Of a DNA stretch of 64,000 bases, positions 56,440-64,000 are shown piece by piece. The number at the start of each line of letters is the position of its first letter. Within the stretch, counting starts at the first letter, position 1. The notes below the pieces were generated by a model that ran no database searches, was not told where the DNA came from, and saw only the letters and a list, made by a program, of their open reading frames with translations. Both the position numbers and the translations under genes were made by a program. The DNA comes from an uncultured bacterium (GTDB lineage Bacteria; Hydrothermota; UBA3072), in contig CAYZBF010000005.1 of assembly GCA_964476585.1 (NCBI GenBank), forward strand, positions 15,882-79,881, read 5' to 3'.

Positions 56440-57672
56440 ATGGAAGACAGTGAAACTTTAAAATTCGTTATTGTTGGTCATATAGATCACGGTAAATCCA
56501 CACTTATAGGGCGCCTATTTTTTGATACTCATTCCCTTCCTCCTGATAAGATAGAAGAGGTAAAAAGAGCTTCGGAGGGGAGTGCAGATGGGAGAATTGA
56601 ATTTGCTTTCTTGATGGATCATCTTCGGGAAGAAAGGGAACAGGGTATTACCATCGATACTGCACAGACTTTTTTCAAGACACCCAAGAGAGAATATGTT
56701 ATAATTGACGCACCTGGGCATGTTGCATTTGTGAAAAACATGATTACAGGTGCATCTCAGGCAGAGGCAGCATTACTTATAGTGGACGTAGTCGAAGGAG
56801 TTGCCGAACAGACAAAACGCCATGCTAACCTTCTCTCAATGCTTGGGCTTGATCAGATTATAGTTGTAATCAATAAAATGGATTCAGTGGGATATCAGCA
56901 GGATAGGTTCAATCAGATAAAAAGGGACGTAGGTGAGTTCTTTCACGATGTTGGATTAACCACCAATTACTATATCCCAACATCTGCCTTGAAAGGGGAT
57001 AATGTGGCATCTCATTCAGATTTGATGGACTGGTATAAAGGACCGACTATTCTTGAATCTCTAGATTTGCTTGTGAATAGAGTTTCTCCCGAAGATAAGA
57101 GTCTTATTTTCCCAATCCAGGATGTTTATAAAATCTCTGGAGAGCGTATTGCTGTTGGTAGGGTTGAGGCAGGATGGATAGAGAAGGATATGGAGGTAGA
57201 AATACTTCCTGATAGAGTAAAAACAACTATCAAATCCATAGAGAAGTTTAATGAAGATAAGAATAGAGCGGTTGCTGGAGAATCAATAGGCGTTACTACA
57301 GAAGACCCGATTTTCTTACAGAGAGGAAATGTTTTATGCGTGGAAGGGAAAGAGCCTACTATTACGAAAAGTTTTGAAGCAAATCTTATATGGTTATCCA
57401 ACGAGGCTTTTGATGTTAACGAAAGGATCAAGCTGCGCCTTGCAACCCAGGAAACTAGTGGAGACGTGAATTTAATAAAGAGGAGGATTGACTCATCATC
57501 TCTTGAAGTATTGGAAGAGAATGCTTCAATTATTAAAAACCTTGAAATTGGAGATATAGTATTTGAAACTAAGAGTCCCATTACTTTAACAAAGTTTAAC
57601 GATATTCAAGAACTTGGAAGATTCGTGCTCGTCCGCGGTAATGATGTGGTAGCGGGTGGGATCATCACCTAA
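56440..57672 (+). CDS. cysN: Sulfate adenylyltransferase subunit 1 (GTPase), no fused APS kinase domain
   Basis: G1 VGHIDHGKSTLIGRL, G3 DAPGH, G4 NKMD; 411-417 aa; overlaps the cysD stop. Confidence 0.85.
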   Translation: MEDSETLKFVIVGHIDHGKSTLIGRLFFDTHSLPPDKIEEVKRASEGSADGRIEFAFLMDHLREEREQGITIDTAQTFFKTPKREYVIIDAPGHVAFVKNMITGASQAEAALLIVDVVEGVAEQTKRHANLLSMLGLDQIIVVINKMDSVGYQQDRFNQIKRDVGEFFHDVGLTTNYYIPTSALKGDNVASHSDLMDWYKGPTILESLDLLVNRVSPEDKSLIFPIQDVYKISGERIAVGRVEAGWIEKDMEVEILPDRVKTTIKSIEKFNEDKNRAVAGESIGVTTEDPIFLQRGNVLCVEGKEPTITKSFEANLIWLSNEAFDVNERIKLRLATQETSGDVNLIKRRIDSSSLEVLEENASIIKNLEIGDIVFETKSPITLTKFNDIQELGRFVLVRGNDVVAGGIIT

Positions 57673-57679
57673 AGTGTAA

Positions 57680-58447
57680 GTGGATCTGAATCTCACTGCT
57701 GTAATCTTTTTATTTGTCGTGTCATTTTTAGCTCAAACAGTCGATTCTTCACTGGGAATGGGGTATGGTACAACATTGGGACCGGTCTTGATTCTCTTAG
57801 GGTTACCACCGTTAGAGGTCGTTCCTGCAATGCTAATTTCTCAGTTATTTGGTGGCGTGTTCGGAACCATATTTCATCATAGGCACGGGAATGTTAATCT
57901 ATCAAGGGGCAGCATACACCTCAGGGTTGCATTGGTTTTAACAGGGTTCAGTTTGATTGGTGGTGTGGGAGCTGGTTATGTTGCGCTAAATATACCTCAA
58001 GTGTATATTAAGATGTACATCGGATTTATAGTTGTTTCTATGGGAATTCTCGTTCTTCTCTTTAGAACTAGATCGGTTAAATTTAGCTGGTACAAGATGA
58101 GTTTATTGGCACTTATTGCTTCTTTCAATAAAGGTATGAGTGGAGGAGGATATGGTCCTATTATGACGAGTGGCCAGATATTATCTGGAGTGCCTTCGAA
58201 GAGTTCGATAGGTATAACTTCTTTTGCAGAAGCCGCGTGTTGTTTAGCAGCAATAATGGTATATTTCTTTGGCTTAGACACATCAGATTTTAGACTTGCT
58301 CTGCCATTGACAGTTGGTGCAATTGCATCAGTTCCAATTGCAGTTCGAATTGTGAAGAAGTTTAATGAAAATAAATTTATCATTGTCATAGGCATTGTTG
58401 CAATATGCTTAGGAATGTTAACCTTAGTTAAGACCTTTTTCTTTTAA
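57680..58447 (+). CDS. TauE/SafE family sulfite/organosulfonate exporter-like membrane protein
   Basis: 255 aa, about 8 TM, LGMGYGTTLGPVLILLGLPP and a second G-rich repeat half, typical of TauE/SafE. Confidence 0.75.
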   Translation: MDLNLTAVIFLFVVSFLAQTVDSSLGMGYGTTLGPVLILLGLPPLEVVPAMLISQLFGGVFGTIFHHRHGNVNLSRGSIHLRVALVLTGFSLIGGVGAGYVALNIPQVYIKMYIGFIVVSMGILVLLFRTRSVKFSWYKMSLLALIASFNKGMSGGGYGPIMTSGQILSGVPSKSSIGITSFAEAACCLAAIMVYFFGLDTSDFRLALPLTVGAIASVPIAVRIVKKFNENKFIIVIGIVAICLGMLTLVKTFFF

Positions 58448-58464
58448 AGGAAAGGAGTGAAATT

Positions 58465-59757
58465 GTGTTTTTGGGAAAAAAGAAGAAAAGAATTATTATT
58501 CTCGGTATAGATGGAGTTCCTTATAGTTTCTTAAAGGAAGGTATAGAGAAGGGACGCTTTACGAATATTAAGGAAATATGTGAGGAGAACACCGGTTTAA
58601 AACGACATAATTCAGTGTATCCAACGGTGTCTTCAGTGGCTTGGACTTCTTATATGACAGGTAAGAATCCAGGTGAGCATAATATATATGGTTTTGTTGA
58701 TAGAGACCCAAAGCCTTTTAGATTAAAGATACCACTCGGGAGTGACAGAACTGCTAAAACCCTTTGGAAACAAGCATCGGAAGAGGGCATGAAGGTGCTT
58801 ATTATGAACGTCCCACTAACCTATCCTCCAGAAGAAGTGAATGGTGTTATGATTTCAGGATTTCTTACCACAGATATTAAAAAGGGTGTTACTCCTCCCG
58901 AACTAGCTTCTTATTTGAGAAGTAAAGGGTACGTGATAGATGTAGATCCACGGCTCGGACATACCGATAAAGCGAAGTTTATGGAAGAACTCAAGGGAGC
59001 TTTGGATGTCAGAATGGAGATATTCCATGAGATTCTTTCCAGAGACAGTTATGATCTTGCTCAATGTCATATAATGGAAACCGATCGTATCAATCATTTC
59101 TTCTGGAAGGATTATGAAGATGGTGGGGAATTCAAGGACGATTTTGTAGAGTTTTACAGGAAACTGGATGAATGGATAGGTAAAACATATAGTATATTGA
59201 ATAAAGGTGATAAGTTCCTTGTTCTCTCCGATCATGGCTTCTGTAAGGTAAAATATAATGTGGAGTTGAATCACTTCTTAGAAGAAAATGGGTACCTTTT
59301 TTATGAGAATGATAATCCTAAAAACATAACAGATCTTAAAAGCGAGTCCAAAGCCTATTCTTTGATTCCCGGGAGAATCTTTATAAACCTTAAGGGTAGG
59401 GAGGAAAAGGGATCAGTTCCTGAAAGTGAATACAACAAACTCCGGGAGGAAATAAAGGAGAAAATCCTGGAACTTAGGAGCCCTGAAGATAAACCCATCA
59501 TACAAGATGTTTTCTTTCGGGAGGAAATTTATAGCGGCGCTTACCTTCATCGTGCAGCTGACCTTATAGTCCACCCTCGGTGGGGCTACGATATAAAGGG
59601 CAATGTGAATACTGGTAAATTGTGCCATAAAGTTGAAGCTATAAATGGGATGCATACCTATGAAGATGCATCAATATTTGGGAAAAATGTTAATATAGAT
59701 GTTGTTCGTTCGATACAGGATCCCTTGATGATGATTTTAAAAAAAGAACAAAGGTAA
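58465..59757 (+). CDS. Nucleotide pyrophosphatase/phosphodiesterase (type I phosphodiesterase) family, alkaline-phosphatase superfamily protein
   Basis: ILGIDGVPYS; YPTVSSVAWTSYMTGKNPGEHNIYGF (Thr nucleophile and TG..P..H.I.G NPP motif); LSDHGF. Confidence 0.7.
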   Translation: MFLGKKKKRIIILGIDGVPYSFLKEGIEKGRFTNIKEICEENTGLKRHNSVYPTVSSVAWTSYMTGKNPGEHNIYGFVDRDPKPFRLKIPLGSDRTAKTLWKQASEEGMKVLIMNVPLTYPPEEVNGVMISGFLTTDIKKGVTPPELASYLRSKGYVIDVDPRLGHTDKAKFMEELKGALDVRMEIFHEILSRDSYDLAQCHIMETDRINHFFWKDYEDGGEFKDDFVEFYRKLDEWIGKTYSILNKGDKFLVLSDHGFCKVKYNVELNHFLEENGYLFYENDNPKNITDLKSESKAYSLIPGRIFINLKGREEKGSVPESEYNKLREEIKEKILELRSPEDKPIIQDVFFREEIYSGAYLHRAADLIVHPRWGYDIKGNVNTGKLCHKVEAINGMHTYEDASIFGKNVNIDVVRSIQDPLMMILKKEQR

Positions 59758-59816
59758 GCAAATAAATTTTTTATAACTCCCCAAATAGGTTGTATCTTAT
59801 AATAAAATTTAAATTC

Positions 59817-60893
59817 CTATAATCTCTTCCCATACACTTTATTATAGTATTCTTTATATTCACCAGTGAGAACACTGTTCATCCAGTTTCTATTGTTCAG
59901 ATACCACCTTATTGTTTCCTTTAATCCTGTTGTAAAATTAGTTGTGGGTTCCCAGTGGGTTGTGTTTCTTATCTTCTCATAATATAGGGCATATCGGAAA
60001 TCGTGCGCTTTACCCCTTGGGTCTTCAATAAAAGTTATAAGTCTATCTAAATATTCTTTACTTTTACCCGTTTCTTCTGCAAGGATTTTACAAATAAGAT
60101 GAACAACTTCAATATTTCTCATCTCAGAGTTCCCACCGATATTATAGATCTCACCTATATTTCCATTTCTTATCAACTTATCAATTGCTCTACAATTGTC
60201 TACCACGTAAAGCCAGTCACGGATGTTCATACCATCCCCATATACAGGTAGTTCTTTATCCAGAAGTGCATTCCTTATCATCAGTGGAATGAGTTTTTCG
60301 GGGAATTGATAGGGTCCATAGTTATTTGAGCTCCTTGTGATAATGACAGGGACACCATAGCTCTTAAAGTAGGAACGGCATAAGAGATCAGCAGATGCCT
60401 TTGATGCAGAATAAGGATTATTTGGGTGGAGAGGACTCTCTTCAGTAAATTTATGCTCATTGTCAAGGCTTCCGTAGACTTCATCAGTTGATATTTGAAT
60501 GAAACGCTCTATCTTGTATTCCCTGGCTACTTCGAGTAGGACAAGTGTTCCTCTGATGTTAGTTTCTATAAATGGATATGCGTTTAGTATACTTCTATCC
60601 ACATGAGACTCAGCGGCAAAATTTACAATTACATTAAAATGCTTTTTCTCAAACAGTTTATTTATTAATTCTCTATCAGATATATCTCCTTTTAGAAACT
60701 CGTATCTCCTTTCATCTTCAAAATCGTAAAGGTTTTCAAGATTGCCTGCATAGGTGAGTTTGTCAAGATTGGTGATTTGAACATTGGAATGGTTATTCAA
60801 TAAATACCTGATGAAATTTGAGCCAATAAAACCAGCTCCACCAGTAATTAAAAGAGAAAGGTCCTCGGGTAATTCCCTATTATGTTTCTCCAT
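59817..60893 (-). CDS. rfbB: dTDP-glucose 4,6-dehydratase
   Basis: ITGGAGFIGSNF Rossmann motif, catalytic YSASKASAD (YxxxK), NVRDWLYV...; 358 aa. Confidence 0.9.
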   Translation of the reverse strand: MEKHNRELPEDLSLLITGGAGFIGSNFIRYLLNNHSNVQITNLDKLTYAGNLENLYDFEDERRYEFLKGDISDRELINKLFEKKHFNVIVNFAAESHVDRSILNAYPFIETNIRGTLVLLEVAREYKIERFIQISTDEVYGSLDNEHKFTEESPLHPNNPYSASKASADLLCRSYFKSYGVPVIITRSSNNYGPYQFPEKLIPLMIRNALLDKELPVYGDGMNIRDWLYVVDNCRAIDKLIRNGNIGEIYNIGGNSEMRNIEVVHLICKILAEETGKSKEYLDRLITFIEDPRGKAHDFRYALYYEKIRNTTHWEPTTNFTTGLKETIRWYLNNRNWMNSVLTGEYKEYYNKVYGKRL

Positions 60894-61035
60894 AAATTTA
60901 TCATACTGGCTGAGAGAATTTTGTCAAGAGATGGCTATCTTCTTAAGTCAAGTCATTCTCAGCCCAGAGGTAGTATAAGAATGAAAAAAAAGAAAAACGG
61001 GTTGACATTTTTTTCTTTTATGTAATTATTCTATC

Positions 61036-62604
61036 ATGAACAAGGTTTTTATAATAGGCCTTGACGGTGCACCTTATAAAGAGTTTAAGGAATGGATAAA
61101 GAAAGGTGAATTACCGTTTCTTTCAAGGCTGTCGAAAGAGGGTGCTTTTGGTAAGCTAAGAAGTATCATTCCTGCATATTCAATGCTTGCTTGGCCGGTG
61201 ATATTTACCGGTAAAAATCCTGCGAAGATTGGCCCCTTTCTTTATAAAGGAGAAAAGAGAGGTTTTGATCCGGATTACTTCTCTTCAGCACAATTTATAA
61301 ACTTTACTGATATAAAGACCTGGTCGCTATGGGAATGGGCTTCCGAGTTTGGTAAGAGAGTAGGCGCTTTGAACATACCCATGAGTTATCCTCCCACGGA
61401 GGTGAATGGATTTGAGATCACAGGTTTCTTAACTCCAAAAGGCTCTGAAAACTTCACTTATCCTCCGGAACTAAAAGGTGAATTAGAAGGCTATCGGATT
61501 GACATTGCTCTTTCCAGTGGTATGGGTTTCGGTGACAGGACATTGAATAAAGAGGCGATACACAAGGACCTTCTTAATCTACTTGAAGAGAGAACTGAAT
61601 GGACAATTAAACTTCTCTGTAAATATGACCCGGAGATATTTATGATGAATTTCAAGGAAATGGATAATTTTATGCATTATTTCTGGGATAAAAAGGATCT
61701 CCTACTTGATTACTTTAAGAGAGCCGATAGGAGTGCGAAAAGGATATATGAGGAGTTAAAGCCTAATCATATTTTGTTTATATCTGATCATGGATTTACA
61801 GATGCCCCAATAAAATACTTCCATATCAATCAATATCTTGAAGATAAAGGATTTTTAAAAAGAGCAGAAAATGTTAAGGGCAGATTTTCAAACTTTATAT
61901 ATAAAACCGGTATAGAGACAGTGAAGAGATTTGGCTTCCTGAGGAATCTTTTCACTGATAGATTTAAGCTGAAGATAGTGAGGGAAAGTATGAAGGAAAA
62001 GATTGACTGGGATAAGACAAGGGCTTATGCCAACTGGTATGCAGGCATTTATCTTAACCCTGAATATTATTCGAATGAAGAGAGTAAAAAGGAAGGAGCA
62101 GAAGAAATTAAGGGTCTTCTTATAGATGCTAAGGACCCGGAGAATGGCAAAGCGATATTCCTTGATGCAAAGACAAAATGGGATTTATATAAAGGCGAAT
62201 ACTTTGATGAGATGCCCGATGTGGTGTATACAACTACAAAGGATTATAAGCTGAACACTAATCTTCCCGGGAAACTTATCGATAAAAGGATCGACCGCCC
62301 TGATTTAGTGGGTCATCATGTGGCTGCCCTGGATGGTATTATTCTTATTCGGGGTGATAGGGTTAAAAAGGGTATAGAATTAGGAGATAGCTCTATCAAA
62401 GATGTCTTTCCCACCGCCTGTGCACTTGGAGATATCCCAATCCCGAAAGATGTTGATGGCAGGATTCTGAAAGAAGCATTAATTGAAGGTTCTTACAGGG
62501 AAGAATATAAAGATTTACCATATTCTCAGAAAGAGGCACATTATTTATCGGAAGATGAGGATAAATCAGTAAAAGAACATCTGAGGGGGCTGGGATATAT
62601 ATAA
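61036..62604 (+). CDS. Nucleotide pyrophosphatase/phosphodiesterase family protein, second paralog
   Basis: IIGLDGAPY; IPAYSMLAWPVIFTGKNPAKIGPF; ISDHGF; 522 aa with an about 100 aa insertion relative to the first paralog. Confidence 0.7.
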   Translation: MNKVFIIGLDGAPYKEFKEWIKKGELPFLSRLSKEGAFGKLRSIIPAYSMLAWPVIFTGKNPAKIGPFLYKGEKRGFDPDYFSSAQFINFTDIKTWSLWEWASEFGKRVGALNIPMSYPPTEVNGFEITGFLTPKGSENFTYPPELKGELEGYRIDIALSSGMGFGDRTLNKEAIHKDLLNLLEERTEWTIKLLCKYDPEIFMMNFKEMDNFMHYFWDKKDLLLDYFKRADRSAKRIYEELKPNHILFISDHGFTDAPIKYFHINQYLEDKGFLKRAENVKGRFSNFIYKTGIETVKRFGFLRNLFTDRFKLKIVRESMKEKIDWDKTRAYANWYAGIYLNPEYYSNEESKKEGAEEIKGLLIDAKDPENGKAIFLDAKTKWDLYKGEYFDEMPDVVYTTTKDYKLNTNLPGKLIDKRIDRPDLVGHHVAALDGIILIRGDRVKKGIELGDSSIKDVFPTACALGDIPIPKDVDGRILKEALIEGSYREEYKDLPYSQKEAHYLSEDEDKSVKEHLRGLGYI

Positions 62605-62619
62605 AAATTACATATAAAA

Positions 62620-63379
62620 ATGTGTGATGGAGCCCCGTAGATTTACAAGGAAAGATTATTCCGAAGAACATGCGGTTGTATTTACGCGCCGATACGATGA
62701 AGGAGAACGCAAAATAAAAATTGAGAAAGTCCGTTAGTATAGTTCAAATATTAAAGGTAAGCTCATTTTGGATTTAGGTTGTGGAGTTGGATTCTTCAGT
62801 AATCTCTATAGTGAACTGGGAGCTACAGTTGTGACTATAGATTATGCAAATTCAATGGTTACTGCTACCCAAAAAAGATATGGAGAAAAATTTCATATTG
62901 TCCAAAGTGAGGCAATATTTCTTCCATAGGGTTTTATCCTTATTACAACAGATAAGAAAGGGCTTAGTGTGGGGTCCTTACATAGAAATATGTTGAAAAA
63001 TTTATACATAAATCTACTAACTTCTATACAAGCCTTTATAAAGCAGGCCTTACATTTTGAGAGATATCAAACACCTTTGTATACACATGTCAGGGAGTAT
63101 ACACCGTCAGAACTTTCCCAATTCATGGGGAATAATGGTTTTTGTCTTGAATTTATGGATACCTTCCCCGACAGGAGATTTTTTGGTCTATGGGAACATC
63201 TTATTGAATTTTTGTTCAGGGGATACCTACGGATATACAAATGGGATTCACCAATATATAAATTTAAGAAGGAAGGCCTCAAAGCTGACTCCTCTGCAGG
63301 CAGACTTTTTAAGAATATTCTTCATTTTTCATCCCACTTGGTTGGCGAAAGTATAAATATACCTATAATCAGGATATGA
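62620..63379 (+). pseudogene. Disrupted class I SAM-dependent methyltransferase (internal stops / frame breaks)
   Basis: Frame fragments: ...FTRKDYSEEHAVVFTRRYDEGERKIKIEKVR*; ILDLGCGVGFFSNLYSELGATVVTIDYANSMVTATQKRYGEKFHIVQSEAIFLP* (motif I-II); then a 136-aa ORF carrying a methyltransferase C-terminal region (YTPSELSQFMGNNGF..). Confidence 0.45.
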
Positions 63380-64000
63380 TAGAGATAAAAAAACCTTCTC
63401 TGTCGGTGCTCTCTTCACTCCCTCCTGTTTTGGGTATAAGTAATTTTACTCTTTCAGCTATAAAGACGCTCGCCCAGTGCTTTTCTCTTCAAATACTCGC
63501 TTATTATCGATTTTATCCCCCCTTTCTCAGGATTAACACTGTTAAGTATGGTAGAGCGTTAACTTCAAGTAAAGATTTCGAAATACTTTACAGTTTAAGC
63601 ATTATTAATCCATTCTCCTGGGTCAGAACATATAGGAATATTTCATCTCCTGTTGTTTTGATGGAATGGTGGAATGTTATTCAACTTCCCCATTATATTT
63701 TTCTGTCTTATTTATTGAAAAAGAAAAATATAAAAATATTTGCTGAACTTCATAATCCAGTATCGCACGAGGGCATTATTGGAGAAAGGGTTCTTTTTAA
63801 TATGTGGATGAGATTAGTTGATTTGGTAATAGTTCATACTGAGTGCTCAAGAAATGCAGTAGATCATGATTCAATCCATATCATACCGTATGGGGTATAT
63901 CCTTGCAAGGATATACCTACCAAGGAAGCGAGAAAAAAATTTTCAATTCCCAATGAAGCAAAAGTCCTACTGTTTTTTGGGAATTTAAGGCTATACAAAG
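63376..64000 (+). CDS. Glycosyltransferase family 1 (GT4-like), 5' part; continues past the window end
   Basis: Open frame from ATG 63376 to the window edge; ...VVLMEWWNV...LHNPVSHEG...HIIPYGVY...IPNEAKVLLFFGNLRLYKG, typical of a GT1 N-terminal domain. Confidence 0.65.
   Translation, partial: MIEIKKPSLSVLSSLPPVLGISNFTLSAIKTLAQCFSLQILAYYRFYPPFLRINTVKYGRALTSSKDFEILYSLSIINPFSWVRTYRNISSPVVLMEWWNVIQLPHYIFLSYLLKKKNIKIFAELHNPVSHEGIIGERVLFNMWMRLVDLVIVHTECSRNAVDHDSIHIIPYGVYPCKDIPTKEARKKFSIPNEAKVLLFFGNLRLYK

Overview
This is a 64 kb window from a low-GC (about 38-40%), gene-dense bacterial chromosome. LPS and outer-membrane biogenesis genes (bamA, skp, lpxD, lptD-like, lpxH) show the organism is a diderm, and gene order and content are consistent with an uncultivated lineage, though that is an inference. 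Most of the window is tightly coupled housekeeping operons, many with ATGA/GTGA start-stop overlaps. These include rpe-guaA, a minus-strand folB-folK-dNK-panC block, a complete outer-membrane biogenesis block (bamA, two unknown OM proteins, skp, lpxD, lptD-like), ffs-dnaX-ybaB-recR, cmk-plsC-ispH-rpsA, pyrG-ecfT, truA, phoH-7TM/HD-ybeY-corC-corC-mgtE, recO and lpxH. RNA genes found: a long-form Bacillus-type SRP RNA with its own TTGACA-17-TAATAT promoter, an initiator-type tRNA(CAT) with a textbook promoter, and tRNA-Glu(TTC). No CRISPR array, rRNA, transposase or phage gene was found. The less ordinary parts are: (1) a GC-rich roughly 250 nt island at 1.7-2.0 kb that looks like an unclassified structured RNA, followed by about 600 nt with only tiny coupled ORFs; (2) a tripartite ICMT-like methyltransferase / PlsC acyltransferase / zinc-ribbon fusion gene flanked by copies of an intergenic repeat; (3) recurring intergenic sequence families, namely a repeat seen at 11.4, 13.2 and 34.4 kb, a CATTCTTCATTTTGCATT box upstream of -35 elements, and quasi-palindromic 'word-stutter' tracts; (4) a minus-strand giant TPR / coiled-coil cluster facing a pilin-like + DUF58 + BatA-like module with no MoxR ATPase, plus a second BatA-like vWA pair at 5-7.6 kb; (5) a cysD-cysN-TauE locus embedded in glycan-biosynthesis genes (two NPP/alkaline-phosphatase-family paralogs, rfbB, a decayed methyltransferase, a GT1 glycosyltransferase running off the window), suggesting sulfate activation for a glycoconjugate rather than assimilation. 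All functional calls come from motif-level reading of the translated ORFs and the DNA; no database search was run.
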